From the sequence record SRR2962707_3097: a DNA stretch of 36,605 nt, one strand, 5' to 3'. The translations under genes and the position numbers were made by a program. Below are positions 1 to 10,560 of this stretch, piece after piece. The notes beneath the pieces are model-generated. The model searched no databases and had not been told where the DNA came from. It was given only the letters and a program-made list of their open reading frames with translations. Position 1 is the stretch's first letter, and each line of letters opens with the position of its first letter.

Positions 1-2
1 AT

Positions 3-350
3 GTCATTGAACAAAAAGGCAGTCAGCATCGTGATGAAATGACACCAGAAGGCTTCTTAAGCAATCACGCCGGCGGTGTGCTTGGTGGCATTTCTTCAGG
101 ACAAGATATTATTGTCCATATGGCGCTGAAACCAACATCGAGCATTACCATTCCAGGAAAAAGCATCAACCGTGCGGGCGAAGCCATCGACGTGATTACC
201 AAAGGGCGTCATGACCCTTGCGTTGGCATTCGAGCAACACCGATTGCCGAAGCCATGGTTGCCTTGACGATCATGGATCACTTGCTAAGACATAGAGCGC
301 AAAATGCGGATGTGGTGTGCCCCACTCCCATTATTAACGCTCAAGCTTAA
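3..350 (+). CDS. aroC: Chorismate synthase, C-terminal part (5' truncated by the window edge)
   Basis: The frame is open from the window start. Motifs [20 protein letters not shown] and GRHDPCV are typical of AroC. Confidence 0.96.
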   Translation, partial: VIEQKGSQHRDEMTPEGFLSNHAGGVLGGISSGQDIIVHMALKPTSSITIPGKSINRAGEAIDVITKGRHDPCVGIRATPIAEAMVALTIMDHLLRHRAQNADVVCPTPIINAQA

Positions 351-367
351 ATTGAATTGAGTCACCC

Positions 368-402
368 AAAGCCGCAATCCTTGATTGCGGCTTTTTGTTT
401 TT
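368..402 (+). terminator. Intrinsic terminator after aroC
   Basis: Perfect 12-bp stem AAAGCCGCAATC-ctt-GATTGCGGCTTT followed by TTGTTTTT. Confidence 0.85.
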
Positions 403-417
403 AAAGGAAGCCAGCTT

Positions 418-969
418 ATGCCTAACACTGTTATTCGAATTCGCGTTGCATCGAAAAACCCCGTCAAAGTAACGGCCGCGCATCAGGCCTTCAATCAAGT
501 ATTCCCAAATCACACAATTCACTGTGAAGGCATGGAAAGCGAATCTGGGGTCGCCGATCAACCAATGACAGAAAATGAAACGCGCCTGGGCGCGCAAAAT
601 CGCATTCGTTATTGCAGAGCTCATGACACGAACAAGGAAGAAGATTACTTTGTGTCGATGGAAGGTGGCGTTGATGATTTTGAGGAGGGCGCTGCGACCT
701 TTGCTTATGTCGCTATTGCTGGCCGTGATGGAAAAATACACACGGGTCGATCCGCTAACTTGCCGATACCAGACGCGGTTTATCTGCGTTTAAAAAATGG
801 CGAAGAGCTTGGCGATGTCATGGATGATCTGTTTAAAACAGACAACGTCAAACAAAAAGGTGGCGCGATCGGTTTGCTTACAAACCATAGGGCCACTCGC
901 GAAAGTACCTATACGCAGGCACTTATACTTGCGCTCGCGCCAATACTGCACCCTGATTTGTATTTATAA
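418..969 (+). CDS. yjjX: Inosine/xanthosine triphosphatase (non-canonical purine NTPase)
   Basis: Motifs ASKNPVK, SGVADQP, EGG, GEELG and KQKGGAIGLLT. ATG at 418 follows the RBS AAGGAAG. Confidence 0.92.
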   Translation: MPNTVIRIRVASKNPVKVTAAHQAFNQVFPNHTIHCEGMESESGVADQPMTENETRLGAQNRIRYCRAHDTNKEEDYFVSMEGGVDDFEEGAATFAYVAIAGRDGKIHTGRSANLPIPDAVYLRLKNGEELGDVMDDLFKTDNVKQKGGAIGLLTNHRATRESTYTQALILALAPILHPDLYL

Positions 970-984
970 GGATAAAATAGATAA

Positions 985-1674
985 ATGAATTACGATTGGA
1001 TTATCTTTGACGCCGATGAGACCTTATTCCACTTTGATAATTTCTCAGGTTTAAGCCACATGATGCTAAAACACAAGGTGACTTTTAGCGCAGATGACTT
1101 TGCAGAATATCAAAGTATCAATAAACCATTATGGGTGGCTTACCAGGATGGAAAAGTGACGGCGAAAGAGCTGCAAACTCGTCGATTTCAACGATGGGCT
1201 GATCGACTGAATATTCCTGCCCATCAGCTTAATCAACAATTTCTAGAATCCATGGCAGAGATATGTAAGCCGTTGCCAGGCGCACAGGCGTTAATGACGC
1301 ATTTAGCAGGCCAATCTATTAAATCTGCCATTATCACCAATGGATTTACGCAACTTCAAAAAGTGCGATTGGAACGAACAAAGTTTGACCAATATTTTTC
1401 CCATGTGATTATTTCGGAAGAAATAGGCGTAGCGAAACCCAATGTTGCCATTTTTGATCATGCACTTGAGAAAATGGGCAATCCAGATCGTAAGAAAGTA
1501 TTGATGGTTGGTGACACATTAGAGTCGGACATTCTGGGTGGCATTAACGCACAGATTGATACTTGCTGGCTCAATCATCATGGCAAAGTACACCCAGAGC
1601 ACATTGTGCCCACATATCAGATCAGCTCGCTGGATCAACTGACAGAAAAACTAAAGGCTGCAAGTAATCGTTAA
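985..1674 (+). CDS. yjjG: Pyrimidine 5'-nucleotidase, HAD family
   Basis: Motifs FDADETL, ITNG, AKP and GDTLESDILGG. Confidence 0.92.
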   Translation: MNYDWIIFDADETLFHFDNFSGLSHMMLKHKVTFSADDFAEYQSINKPLWVAYQDGKVTAKELQTRRFQRWADRLNIPAHQLNQQFLESMAEICKPLPGAQALMTHLAGQSIKSAIITNGFTQLQKVRLERTKFDQYFSHVIISEEIGVAKPNVAIFDHALEKMGNPDRKKVLMVGDTLESDILGGINAQIDTCWLNHHGKVHPEHIVPTYQISSLDQLTEKLKAASNR

Positions 1675-1682
1675 TCAAAAGT

Positions 1683-1738
1683 CCTGATTGCTTGTTAACG
1701 TTAGCGAATTAACAAACGCGATAACAAGCAAATCAAGG
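1683..1738. terminator. Long imperfect hairpin between convergent genes, probable terminator
   Basis: TTGCTTGTTA (1688-1697) pairs with TAACAAGCAA (1722-1731), and the pairing extends outward. Confidence 0.55.
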
Positions 1739-1775
1739 CAACGAGGAAGTAACAGAAATAAGTGTTTGGGTGCAC
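1701..1775 (-). CDS. Candidate 24-aa hydrophobic small peptide MHPNTYFCYFLVALICLLSRLLIR
   Basis: GTG start with a GGGGTGA SD-like sequence upstream, and a hydrophobic core. Read manually; not in the ORF track. Confidence 0.25.
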   Translation of the reverse strand: MHPNTYFCYFLVALICLLSRLLIR

Positions 1776-1936
1776 GGCTATTTCACCCCACTATTTCCGG
1801 TAAATGTTATTATCGGAATTAGTGTATATTAGTACTTCTGGGCTGTTTTATCGCTAAATCCCTTGATGATGATTCATTTAACACGCTACGGACTGTTTGT
1901 TGGGCAAAAAATAACGCTTTCTCCGCATCCTTATCT

Positions 1937-2791
1937 TTACCTAGCATCAAGCTCACTCGATTTCTTCTGCCACTCTTTTGGTGACATGCCCGTTTTCTTT
2001 CTGAATACTCTGGCTAATACAGAGCCATGTTCGTATCCCACTTTGTTTGCAACAAAGCCGACGGTCTTATCTTGCCGTAATAATTTCTGCGCCATAGAAA
2101 TACGCAAATCCGTTAGAAAGTCATTTGGCGTTTGGCCCAGCGTGTCACGAAACAATTCGGTGAATTTAGAGCGAGACATGGCTGCATGTTCTGCCATGCG
2201 TTCAAGTGTCCAAGCGGTTTCTGGCGATTCTTGCAGTTTTATCAATGTTGTTGCCAACATTGGATGACTTAGCCCCGCCAACATTCCTTGTACAATCAAT
2301 CCTTCTTCAGTGAGTTTTTTAAACATCTGAATGACTAAAATATCGCACAACTTGCTGACAATGCTTTTCTGACCTAGACCTGAACGATCCACTTCTTGAA
2401 AAAGCCAAGTGACGGTATCTGATAAGGCATCGCCATTTAGTTCATGAAAAATAATACTCGGCAATCCTGACACCACGCTATGCTGCTCAAGTGCCGTAAA
2501 ATGCACCGAGGCACAAATCAGTTCTGCCGGCTGATCTTTCTCTGTCATTATTTGGTGTGCAGAAGAAAAAGGTAAAAATATCACGGCTGGCTTTTCAAAT
2601 ACCATCTTATGACCCGCGTCACGTAAAACGGTCAATTTGCCGGAGCGTAAATAATGCAGGTGCCCTCCATTCTTTGTGTTGTGGTTTTCGAGTGTCTTAC
2701 CGCCACAAAAACCACCGCTGAAAATAATCTCAGAACGGATAGAAAAGTTCTCAATGATGTTCTCTAGTTTATTCAAAGCCACCTGCTTCAC
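1937..2791 (-). CDS. AraC-family regulator with N-terminal cupin domain (RclR-like)
   Basis: C-terminal double HTH (WTLERMAEHAAMSRSKF ... VGYEHGSVLARVFRKKTGMSP). Cupin with HLHYLRSG, and Cys in FCG and LICA. GTG start. Confidence 0.9.
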   Translation of the reverse strand: MKQVALNKLENIIENFSIRSEIIFSGGFCGGKTLENHNTKNGGHLHYLRSGKLTVLRDAGHKMVFEKPAVIFLPFSSAHQIMTEKDQPAELICASVHFTALEQHSVVSGLPSIIFHELNGDALSDTVTWLFQEVDRSGLGQKSIVSKLCDILVIQMFKKLTEEGLIVQGMLAGLSHPMLATTLIKLQESPETAWTLERMAEHAAMSRSKFTELFRDTLGQTPNDFLTDLRISMAQKLLRQDKTVGFVANKVGYEHGSVLARVFRKKTGMSPKEWQKKSSELDAR

Positions 2792-2798
2792 TCTCTTA

Positions 2799-2830
2799 TT
2801 TGGACGATTTGTATCAACTTTAGGACGTCT
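2799..2830 (+). promoter_or_regulatory. Putative AraC-type tandem binding site
   Basis: GGACG at 2802-2806 and 2823-2827 (21-bp period), each preceded by a T-rich run, in the divergent intergenic region. Confidence 0.5.
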
Positions 2831-2900
2831 CGATGCTTATTCAATAGCCGATAAAAATACACTAGAGTGACTTTATTGAACTTAACAGAAGGATAACAAG

Positions 2901-3386
2901 ATGCAAGTTTCAACATTTATCAAACACATTGCCGTGGCAAGCGTACTCTTTTCCAGCGCAGCAACCTTTGCTGCAGATATTGACTCAAATGCAGACGCCA
3001 ACGATCTGGCCATTCAAGGCTATGACACCGTTGCCTACTTTACAATGGGTAAACCTGTATTGGGCAGCACCGAATTCACTTCAAATTACAAAAATGCCAC
3101 TTTCCGATTTGTCTCTGAACAAAATAGAAATCTCTTTAATAAGGATAAAGTAAAATACGCCCCTCAATTCGGTAATTTCTGTGCAATGGGCACCGCAATG
3201 GGCCTGAAGTTTGATGTAGACCCAACAGCATGGAAAATTGTCGAAGGAAAACTGTATCTGAATTTAAATAAAGACGTACAGAAAGCCTGGTTAAGAGACG
3301 TTCCTGGAAACATAAAAACAGCGGAACAAAACTGGCCAACACTCAAAGATTTAACCGCAGATCAAGCAAAAGCCTTGAATGGGTAA
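2901..3386 (+). CDS. Secreted YHS-domain protein
   Basis: Signal peptide ending ATFA. Motifs AIQGYDTVAYF, YAPQFGNFCAMG and DPTAWKIVEGKLYLN. Confidence 0.88.
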   Translation: MQVSTFIKHIAVASVLFSSAATFAADIDSNADANDLAIQGYDTVAYFTMGKPVLGSTEFTSNYKNATFRFVSEQNRNLFNKDKVKYAPQFGNFCAMGTAMGLKFDVDPTAWKIVEGKLYLNLNKDVQKAWLRDVPGNIKTAEQNWPTLKDLTADQAKALNG

Positions 3387-3410
3387 CGCACTAAACAGCT
3401 AAAAACTCAT

Positions 3411-3442
3411 AGCCTATGGAAAAATGCCATAGGCTTATTTAT
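3411..3442 (+). terminator. Terminator after the YHS gene
   Basis: 9-bp stem AGCCTATGG/CCATAGGCT followed by a T-rich tail. Confidence 0.7.
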
Positions 3443-3704
3443 ACCTTTATCTAAAAATTCCCCCATCATTGCCCTCCTTATTTTGCTCAATCTAGTAGAT
3501 TTCTAACCAATTGATCAATTTTTGTAAATAGACTATTGCTCGCTTTACGAAGCTTTTATAATTCGCTCTGTTTATTTATCTTTTGGAATTTCCCGAGAAT
3601 GGATTTTTGGAAAAAACCTTAAAAATCATTAAGAAACAAATCCAATAGTTAATTCTCTGCGTATAGAAAACAAGAAATCAACAAGCTCGTTGAGGAGCTC
3701 AATA

Positions 3705-5204
3705 ATGTCAGTTACAACAAACAACACGCTAAAAAATGATCTGTTAATCTATCGATTTTTACTTGTTCAAATTCCTGTTTTGCTTATTAGCGGTCTGGTT
3801 GGTGCTTCGCTTTTTTCATTTACCCTGATCTGTGCAACGCTTCTTTTTGTCATAACACAATGTCTCTATAGCCTTTTTAAAGGTACGCAACTATTCGCGG
3901 TGTGCGCTGGTATTTTGATGATGCTGGTGTCGTCATGCTTAATTCAAAGTCAGTTGGGCATGGTCGAGATGCATTTTCATATCTTTGCCGCTATGGTGAT
4001 TTTTTTAGTCTATCAAAGTTGGAAACCCATTATTGCGGCCTTGCTGACCACCGCGATTTACCATATTAGTTTCATGTTTATTCAAATGAGCGGCTATTCC
4101 ATTGGTGATATGCCCATTATGGTGTTCTCTGGAGAGCACAACACGTGGATCATGATAGTCCATTGTCTTTTCGCTATTTCAGAATCTATTTTATTGATTT
4201 ACATGGCTTTTCTGATGAAAAGAGAATCCACTTCAAATCTTAATATTGCCAATGCCATATCTGTTATTTCCGATAATAATGACTTATCTGTTCGTTTGCA
4301 TAACCCAACCTCAAATGCAGAAATCACCTTTAATTTATTGCTGGATAAGCTCGTCGGTCTCTTTAACGACTACCAAAACATTGCCAATGAGCTGGTTAGT
4401 AGCAGTGGGAAAATTCAAGAAATCAGTGAGCAAGTCACAGGGCATGTCATGACCAGTGATGAAAGAGCCCAGATGGTAGCCACCTCCGCGGCGGGCATTT
4501 CCCATACTATGAAGGTCATTTCGCAAAGCAGTAGCGAATCGGCCAATCTCATTGGAGAGCTAGAGCAAGGGATTTTAGGTGACAGTAATCAGACTCTCGA
4601 TATCATGAAAGACATGGAACTCTTGTCACAAAATACCTCCTCCATTTCAGAATCATTAACCTCCCTGACGGCCGATGTGGAGTCCATCACCACCCTGCTC
4701 AATTCTATTCGCAGCATTTCAGAACAGACGAACTTGTTGGCGCTAAACGCGGCCATCGAAGCGGCAAGAGCGGGAGAAACTGGCCGAGGTTTTGCTGTGG
4801 TAGCAGATGAAGTGAGAACCCTTGCGTTGCGATCAAGCCAATCAACCGATGAAATTGAAAAAGTACTCAGTAACTTAAATACCAGTGTGAGTAATACGGT
4901 TCACTCAATGGAATCCGGTAAAGAACGTACGTCGATCAGCGTCGAACATGCCGATAAAATCTCTAAAGCTTTATTAGAAAGAGCTCAGTCGGTTAACCAG
5001 GCCGTTCACGCCAGTAAAGCGATTGCTCAAGAGTCCGTTGAGCAAGAGCGTGTCATCTCATCGATTAATGAGCAAGTAGGAGAAAATGCCAAGTCGATTG
5101 CCTCGTTATCTGCCCTGATGGACCGTCTTCAGCAGAGCAGTAAAGACATTAACGCCGTAACCAAAATCTACGAAGCAAAAGCAAACCTGTTTAAAACACA
5201 CTGA
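3705..5204 (+). CDS. Methyl-accepting chemotaxis protein with multi-TM membrane-embedded sensor
   Basis: MCP signature [34 protein letters not shown]. About 5-6 N-terminal hydrophobic helices containing [10 protein letters not shown] at 3705 follows the RBS GAGGAG. Confidence 0.92.
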   Translation: MSVTTNNTLKNDLLIYRFLLVQIPVLLISGLVGASLFSFTLICATLLFVITQCLYSLFKGTQLFAVCAGILMMLVSSCLIQSQLGMVEMHFHIFAAMVIFLVYQSWKPIIAALLTTAIYHISFMFIQMSGYSIGDMPIMVFSGEHNTWIMIVHCLFAISESILLIYMAFLMKRESTSNLNIANAISVISDNNDLSVRLHNPTSNAEITFNLLLDKLVGLFNDYQNIANELVSSSGKIQEISEQVTGHVMTSDERAQMVATSAAGISHTMKVISQSSSESANLIGELEQGILGDSNQTLDIMKDMELLSQNTSSISESLTSLTADVESITTLLNSIRSISEQTNLLALNAAIEAARAGETGRGFAVVADEVRTLALRSSQSTDEIEKVLSNLNTSVSNTVHSMESGKERTSISVEHADKISKALLERAQSVNQAVHASKAIAQESVEQERVISSINEQVGENAKSIASLSALMDRLQQSSKDINAVTKIYEAKANLFKTH

Positions 5205-5213
5205 TTAATCCAT

Positions 5214-5247
5214 AAAAAATGCCTCACTCAAACCTGAGTGAGGCATT
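5214..5247. terminator. Terminator between convergent MCP genes
   Basis: 13-bp stem AATGCCTCACTCA-aacc-TGAGTGAGGCATT. The A-run on the left is a U-tail on the minus strand. Confidence 0.85.
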
Positions 5248-5286
5248 GTCTAATCCTGATGATTCTTAAACACCCAAGACTAAAAG

Positions 5287-7179
5287 CTACACTTTAAAGC
5301 CCGCTACCAGGGTATCCAGTCTAGTCGACAGAGTACTCAAGGCCTTACTTTTATCCGATAACTCATTGGCACTGGTAACGCTGCTCATGACAGAATCTTG
5401 AATGCCGGTCACATTTTGCGCCACGTCTTCGATGGCAGCAAGCTGCTGCTCTGTTGCTAGGGCCACCTGCTGATTGATCTTGTTCATCGTATTCACTTGT
5501 TGATCAATCATTTCCAGTGACTTAGTGGCAATTTGCATAGAGTCTACGGCATCATGGGCGATTTTCTGCCCAGAGGTTGAAGCAACCAAAGCCTTTCGAG
5601 ATTCAGATTGCAACTTGTCTATCATGACCTGGATTTCATCGGTGGACTGCGCGGTGCGTTTCGCCAAGTTACGAACCTCATCCGCAACCACGGCAAAGCC
5701 TCGTCCTTGTTCACCGGCGCGGGCAGATTCAATGGCCGCGTTTAACGCCAATAAGTTCGTTTGCTCCGAAATGTTGCGAATAACTTCTAATATGCTGCCA
5801 ATTTGCTCAGAATTCTTCGCAAGTTCCGTAACGATGATCGCCGTTTTCTCGCTCTCTTCGGCCAAGTTTTCTACCGTACTTTTTGCAGAAGAAACAACGC
5901 TTAGACCATTTCTCACTTCTGTTTCTACGGTATTGGCGGTGTCTGCAGCGTCGGCGGCATTTTCAGATACTTCGCGAACCGAGGCCTCTACTTCGTGTAT
6001 CGCGGAGGCCACCATAGAAGTTCGGTCACTTTGCATTTTGGCGTCATTTAACATGGAATCAGCGGAATTTAGCATGGTTTTCGAAGCATCATTCAGCTCA
6101 TTACTGGTTTGAGTAACCTGCTTCACCATATTGTGTATGACGCTCACAAAATTATTAAAGCCATTGCCTATGCTCGCCAGCTCTATTGGTCCTGTATTGT
6201 CCAAACGATGACTTAAATCGCCCTCGCCTTCACCAATATCTTTCAAATTATTGGCCACTACTTGCAACTGCTTTACCAATCTTGAGCCAATTAAGAAAGC
6301 CACGATCACACTAACGATACTCAGCAAAATCCCCATTAAGAGCAGAGAATTCCCCATAGAAACGACGCCACCAAAGACAACACTATTCGGGATTTCTGCC
6401 ACTAATATCCAGCCCATGGCCGGAATATACTGGCTGGCTAAAACAGAATCTTTCGCCATGACGATGTTTAAACCGTCTTGTTTAAGCAATGCTCTGCCGA
6501 TTTTATTGCCATATAAGTCAGTGACCTTGGTTTTCTCTAACAAACTTTCATTACGATGTACTTTTAATGTACCGTCTGTCGACACCAAATAAACAAATCC
6601 ACCGCCATTAAAGGTGAAGTTATTTAGGTAATCCGTCATCTTATTTAAATTCATACCAAAACCGGCCAAACCAATGCCATTTGGGTTTTGATAGTTAACA
6701 AACAGCTTTATCTCACCGGTCCCTGCGTTGCGATAAACACTGACATTCTTTTCTTTACCCGAACGCGTGAAATCAAAAAACCAACCATCTTTATCGGCAC
6801 TCAAGGTTCGTAAAAAACCGTCTTGATTCCAATATTGTGCGCTTGATCTGTCTGCCCAAGAGGCCGTGTCTAAGCCAAGTCGTTCTTTCGTATTATTTAA
6901 CAAGGCGACCACAGCGGCTTCGCCGGATTTAGAATGTCCATTTTTGGCCCACTCTAAAATCATGGGGTTATTGGCTAATAATTCAGCATTGATTGATAAA
7001 CTCTCAATCTGATTCTCTACGGAGTTTTTAATTTGTGTAAGTTGTGCAGGGAGTTCTGTTTCCGTTGTGCGCTTTAACATCACCGCTCTTGCTTGATAAA
7101 AGCTTAAAATCCCCATAGAAATGGTGGCGATTAAAACCACGATGACAAACGCATAGATAAGACGTAATTTCAATGACAC
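5287..7179 (-). CDS. Methyl-accepting chemotaxis protein, TM-dCache-TM-HAMP-MA
   Basis: Two TM segments flank a roughly 250-aa periplasmic domain. HAMP (GDLSHRL) and MCP signature present. GTG start. Confidence 0.93.
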   Translation of the reverse strand: MSLKLRLIYAFVIVVLIATISMGILSFYQARAVMLKRTTETELPAQLTQIKNSVENQIESLSINAELLANNPMILEWAKNGHSKSGEAAVVALLNNTKERLGLDTASWADRSSAQYWNQDGFLRTLSADKDGWFFDFTRSGKEKNVSVYRNAGTGEIKLFVNYQNPNGIGLAGFGMNLNKMTDYLNNFTFNGGGFVYLVSTDGTLKVHRNESLLEKTKVTDLYGNKIGRALLKQDGLNIVMAKDSVLASQYIPAMGWILVAEIPNSVVFGGVVSMGNSLLLMGILLSIVSVIVAFLIGSRLVKQLQVVANNLKDIGEGEGDLSHRLDNTGPIELASIGNGFNNFVSVIHNMVKQVTQTSNELNDASKTMLNSADSMLNDAKMQSDRTSMVASAIHEVEASVREVSENAADAADTANTVETEVRNGLSVVSSAKSTVENLAEESEKTAIIVTELAKNSEQIGSILEVIRNISEQTNLLALNAAIESARAGEQGRGFAVVADEVRNLAKRTAQSTDEIQVMIDKLQSESRKALVASTSGQKIAHDAVDSMQIATKSLEMIDQQVNTMNKINQQVALATEQQLAAIEDVAQNVTGIQDSVMSSVTSANELSDKSKALSTLSTRLDTLVAGFKV

Positions 7180-7367
7180 AGAGTGAATCCTTTTACGAAA
7201 ATGAGTGGCCAGCCTTCGATGCTGTCCAATTGGTCAGGTACCCGCGTAGTTTAATCAAATACTGGAAAAAATGATCTAGGGCGCGTGGAATTAATTAAAA
7301 AAATAACCTCTTATCTTTACCTTAATAGGCATAGGTAGAATACTTTTTTGCCCTTATAAAGATGAAA

Positions 7368-7414
7368 TCAGAGCCAAAAAGTCAACGACATGAATCGTTT
7401 GTTTTTGGCTCTGA
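7368..7414 (-). terminator. Hairpin downstream of cusA
   Basis: 13-bp outer stem TCAGAGCCAAAAA/TTTTTGGCTCTGA just after the cusA stop. Confidence 0.7.
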
Positions 7415-7431
7415 CTTTGCGCTTTAAAAGG

Positions 7432-10400
7432 TTATTTTAATCTGGACTTTTTCCATAAGAAATACACCACAGGCAAGACCAACAGAGTCAAGATGACCGC
7501 ACTGACCATGCCTCCAACCATGGGCGCGGCAATTCTACTCATTACTTCTGATCCCGTACCTGTGCCATACAAGATAGGCAACAGGCCAATAATAATGGCC
7601 GCCGCCGTCATCATCACCGGGCGTACCCGCATTCCGGCGCCATGCAGAACCGCATGATAAAGAGTCTCCACATTGGGTTGCGTATTGTTGTCAGCGCACT
7701 CTTGCTTTGCATCACGCCATGCTTGATTTAAATAGACCAACATAATTACGCCGATTTCCACCGCCACACCTGCCAAGGCAATAAAACCAACCCCCACAGC
7801 GACAGAAAAATGAAAACCAAGTAAATACATCAGCCAAGTGCTGCCCACCATGGCAAAAGGTAAGGTCCCCATGATGATCGCCACTTCAGAAAAAGTACGA
7901 AAATTAATGTACAAAAGGACGATAATAATCAGCAAAGTAAGTGGTATCACATAGGTGAGTTTCTCTTTTGCTCTTTGCATGTATTCGTATTGCCCTGACC
8001 ATACCAAGGAATAACCTGTTGGCAACGTCACTTGCTCTGCGACCACTTTTTGAGCGTGCTCAACGTAGCGACCTATGTCCATGCCCTCAATATCCACAAA
8101 GGTCCAGCCATTCAAACGTGCGTTTTCACTTTTTAACGCCGGTGGACCCTCTTCTACATAGACACGAGCAAGATCGCCTAAAACAATATTCAAACCAGTC
8201 GGCGTGACAATGGGCAGTAAGGCTATCTGTTCGGGAGAGCTACGATAATCTTGCGGGTAACGCACATTAATCGGATAGCGCTCTAACCCTTCCACCGTAT
8301 TGGTTACATTGGCGCCACCAATGGCAGAAGATATAAAGGTTTGGACATCTTGAATGTTCATGCCATAGCGAGACGCCTTACCTCGATCGATGTCAATTTT
8401 CACATACCGACCACCTGCAACCCGCTCTGAATACACAGACGCTGTGCCCGCCACTGGCTTTAAGACTTTTTCTAGTTGCATACCAATGTCTTGAATAATG
8501 CTTAAGTCTGGTCCAGCTACTTTAATGCCAACTGGCGTCTTAATACCGGTTGCTAACATATCAATACGCGTTTTAATGGGCATTACCCAAGCGTTTGTCA
8601 TACCGGGTATCTTGACCAACTGATCCAGCTCTTGTTTTAACTTGGCTTTGGTCATGCCATCGCGCCATTGTGACTGAGGTTTGAACTGAATAAAGGTTTC
8701 TATCATGGTTAATGGCGCGGGGTCGGTGGCCGTTTCTGCTCGTCCGACCTTACCAAACACCGTTTTCACCTCAGGGACCGTTGCGATTAATTTGTCAGTT
8801 TGTTGCAGTATCTGCCGAGCTTGCCCAATGGAAATACCTGGAAACGCGGTTGGCATGTACATCAAATCCCCTTCATCTAAGCTGGGCATAAACTCACTGC
8901 CTAATTTATTCACGGGCCAGAGACCGATCAATAAAATAACCAAGGCGATGCCAATGGTCCGTTTAGGTGCGTTCAATACCGCCTTCAATGCGGGTAAATA
9001 GATTGCCTGTAAGGCTCGATTTATCGGGTTTTTATGCTCAGATAAAATGTTACCGCGTACAAAATACCCCATCAAAACAGGAACCAAAGTGATGGCTAAC
9101 GCTGCCGAGGCGGCCATGGCGTAGGTTTTGGTGTACGCCAAAGGGCCAAACATACGCCCTTCTTGAGCTTCCAAGGTAAATACAGGCACGAAACTAACGG
9201 TAATGATTAACAAACTAAAGAACAGCGCTGGTCCCACTTCTGTCGCCGCCGTAGCGACAACCTGCCAACGATTTTCCTTGGTCAGCGGCGTTTTCTCCAT
9301 GTGCTTATGGAGGTTTTCAATCATTACGATGGCGCCATCAATCATGGCACCTATGGCAATCGCAATACCACCAAGGGACATGATGTTGGCGTTGATGCCT
9401 TGCCAATGCATGATGATAAACGCCGTTAGAATCCCCACCGGCAAACTAATAATGGCCACCAAAGAGGAGCGAATATGAAACAAAAACAGCATGCAAACTA
9501 GGGCCACCACAATGAATTCTTCGAGTAGCTTGGACCACAAATTGTCCACCGCGCGGTCAATAAGACCAGAGCGATCATACACGGTCACCACCTCGACGCC
9601 GTTGGGTAAACTGGCTTTTAAAGCGTCAAGTTTCGCTTTTACCCCTTTGATGGTTTGTTGAGCATTTTCACCGTAGCGCATCACCACCACGCCGCCGACG
9701 GTTTCTCCTTCGCCATTCAATTCTGCGACACCACGGCGCATCTGTGGACCAACACGAACCTCAGCGACGTCTTTTATCGTCAATGGTACGCCTTGATCAG
9801 AAACGCCAAGGGGGATCATTTCAATGTCTTTGACACCTTTGATATAGCCAGACGAACGCACCATGTACTCGGCTTCTGCCATTTCAATAACAGACGCGCC
9901 AACTTCTTGATTACCGCGTTTAATCGCATTTTGAATGTGACTCAGTGGCATCTTGTAGGCGCGCAATTTATCTGGGTCGACACTGACTTGATACTGCTTA
10001 ACCATGCCGCCAATGGGCGCGACTTCGGAAACCCCTGGAACGGTTTGCAGTTCAAATTTTAAAAACCAATCTTGCAATGAGCGTAACTGGCTCAAATCAT
10101 GCTGGCCTGTTTTGTCTAGCAAGGCATACAAATACACCCAGCCAACCCCTGTGGCATCTGGGCCTAATTGCGCTTTTGCGTTATCTGGCAAGGACGGAGC
10201 GACCTGGCTCAAGTACTCTAAGACACGACTTCTGGCCCAGTACATGTCTGTATTTTCATCAAAAATGACATAGACATAAGAGTCGCCAAAAAAGGAGTAG
10301 CCACGAACGGTTTTCGCACCAGGCACAGAGAGCATAGCCGTGGTTAATGGGTAAGTTACCTGATCCTCGACCACCTGAGGTGCTTGCCCTGGGTAACTGG

Positions 10401-10551
10401 TTTTAATAATAACTTGCACATCTGACAAGTCTGGAATGGCATCAACCGGTGTGTTCTTGAGCGAATACAAACCAACACCAACAAGAATAAGGCTAGCTAA
10501 TAACACCATTAAACGGTTGTTAATAGACCAACGGATTATCGATGCAATCAT
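7432..10551 (-). CDS. cusA: Cu(I)/Ag(I) RND efflux pump inner-membrane subunit
   Basis: Motifs DAIPDLSDVQV, GPDATGVGW, AMIDGAIVMIEN, EGDLMYMP, APLTMIET and TRIDMLATG (Met triad). ATG at 10551 follows GGAG. Confidence 0.96.
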   Translation of the reverse strand: MIASIIRWSINNRLMVLLASLILVGVGLYSLKNTPVDAIPDLSDVQVIIKTSYPGQAPQVVEDQVTYPLTTAMLSVPGAKTVRGYSFFGDSYVYVIFDENTDMYWARSRVLEYLSQVAPSLPDNAKAQLGPDATGVGWVYLYALLDKTGQHDLSQLRSLQDWFLKFELQTVPGVSEVAPIGGMVKQYQVSVDPDKLRAYKMPLSHIQNAIKRGNQEVGASVIEMAEAEYMVRSSGYIKGVKDIEMIPLGVSDQGVPLTIKDVAEVRVGPQMRRGVAELNGEGETVGGVVVMRYGENAQQTIKGVKAKLDALKASLPNGVEVVTVYDRSGLIDRAVDNLWSKLLEEFIVVALVCMLFLFHIRSSLVAIISLPVGILTAFIIMHWQGINANIMSLGGIAIAIGAMIDGAIVMIENLHKHMEKTPLTKENRWQVVATAATEVGPALFFSLLIITVSFVPVFTLEAQEGRMFGPLAYTKTYAMAASAALAITLVPVLMGYFVRGNILSEHKNPINRALQAIYLPALKAVLNAPKRTIGIALVILLIGLWPVNKLGSEFMPSLDEGDLMYMPTAFPGISIGQARQILQQTDKLIATVPEVKTVFGKVGRAETATDPAPLTMIETFIQFKPQSQWRDGMTKAKLKQELDQLVKIPGMTNAWVMPIKTRIDMLATGIKTPVGIKVAGPDLSIIQDIGMQLEKVLKPVAGTASVYSERVAGGRYVKIDIDRGKASRYGMNIQDVQTFISSAIGGANVTNTVEGLERYPINVRYPQDYRSSPEQIALLPIVTPTGLNIVLGDLARVYVEEGPPALKSENARLNGWTFVDIEGMDIGRYVEHAQKVVAEQVTLPTGYSLVWSGQYEYMQRAKEKLTYVIPLTLLIIIVLLYINFRTFSEVAIIMGTLPFAMVGSTWLMYLLGFHFSVAVGVGFIALAGVAVEIGVIMLVYLNQAWRDAKQECADNNTQPNVETLYHAVLHGAGMRVRPVMMTAAAIIIGLLPILYGTGTGSEVMSRIAAPMVGGMVSAVILTLLVLPVVYFLWKKSRLK

Positions 10552-10560
10552 AATCAACTC

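Noticed and set aside
2847-2854. GCCGATAA, a perfect sigma28 -10 element upstream of the YHS gene
   Set aside because: There is no TAAA -35 element at the required 15-nt spacing.
3387-3704. Possible riboswitch or sigma28 promoter upstream of the first MCP
   Set aside because: Only short AT-rich complementarities are present; there is no recognisable aptamer or promoter consensus.
5525-6112. 195-aa plus-strand ORF and many similar shadow ORFs in the track
   Set aside because: They lie antisense to well-supported genes and have no motifs; typical codon-bias shadows.
1930-7322. Exact 13-mer CTTATCTTTACCT at 1930-1942 and 7310-7322
   Set aside because: Several 13-bp matches are expected by chance in 36 kb of AT-rich DNA, and it does not bound a plausible mobile element.
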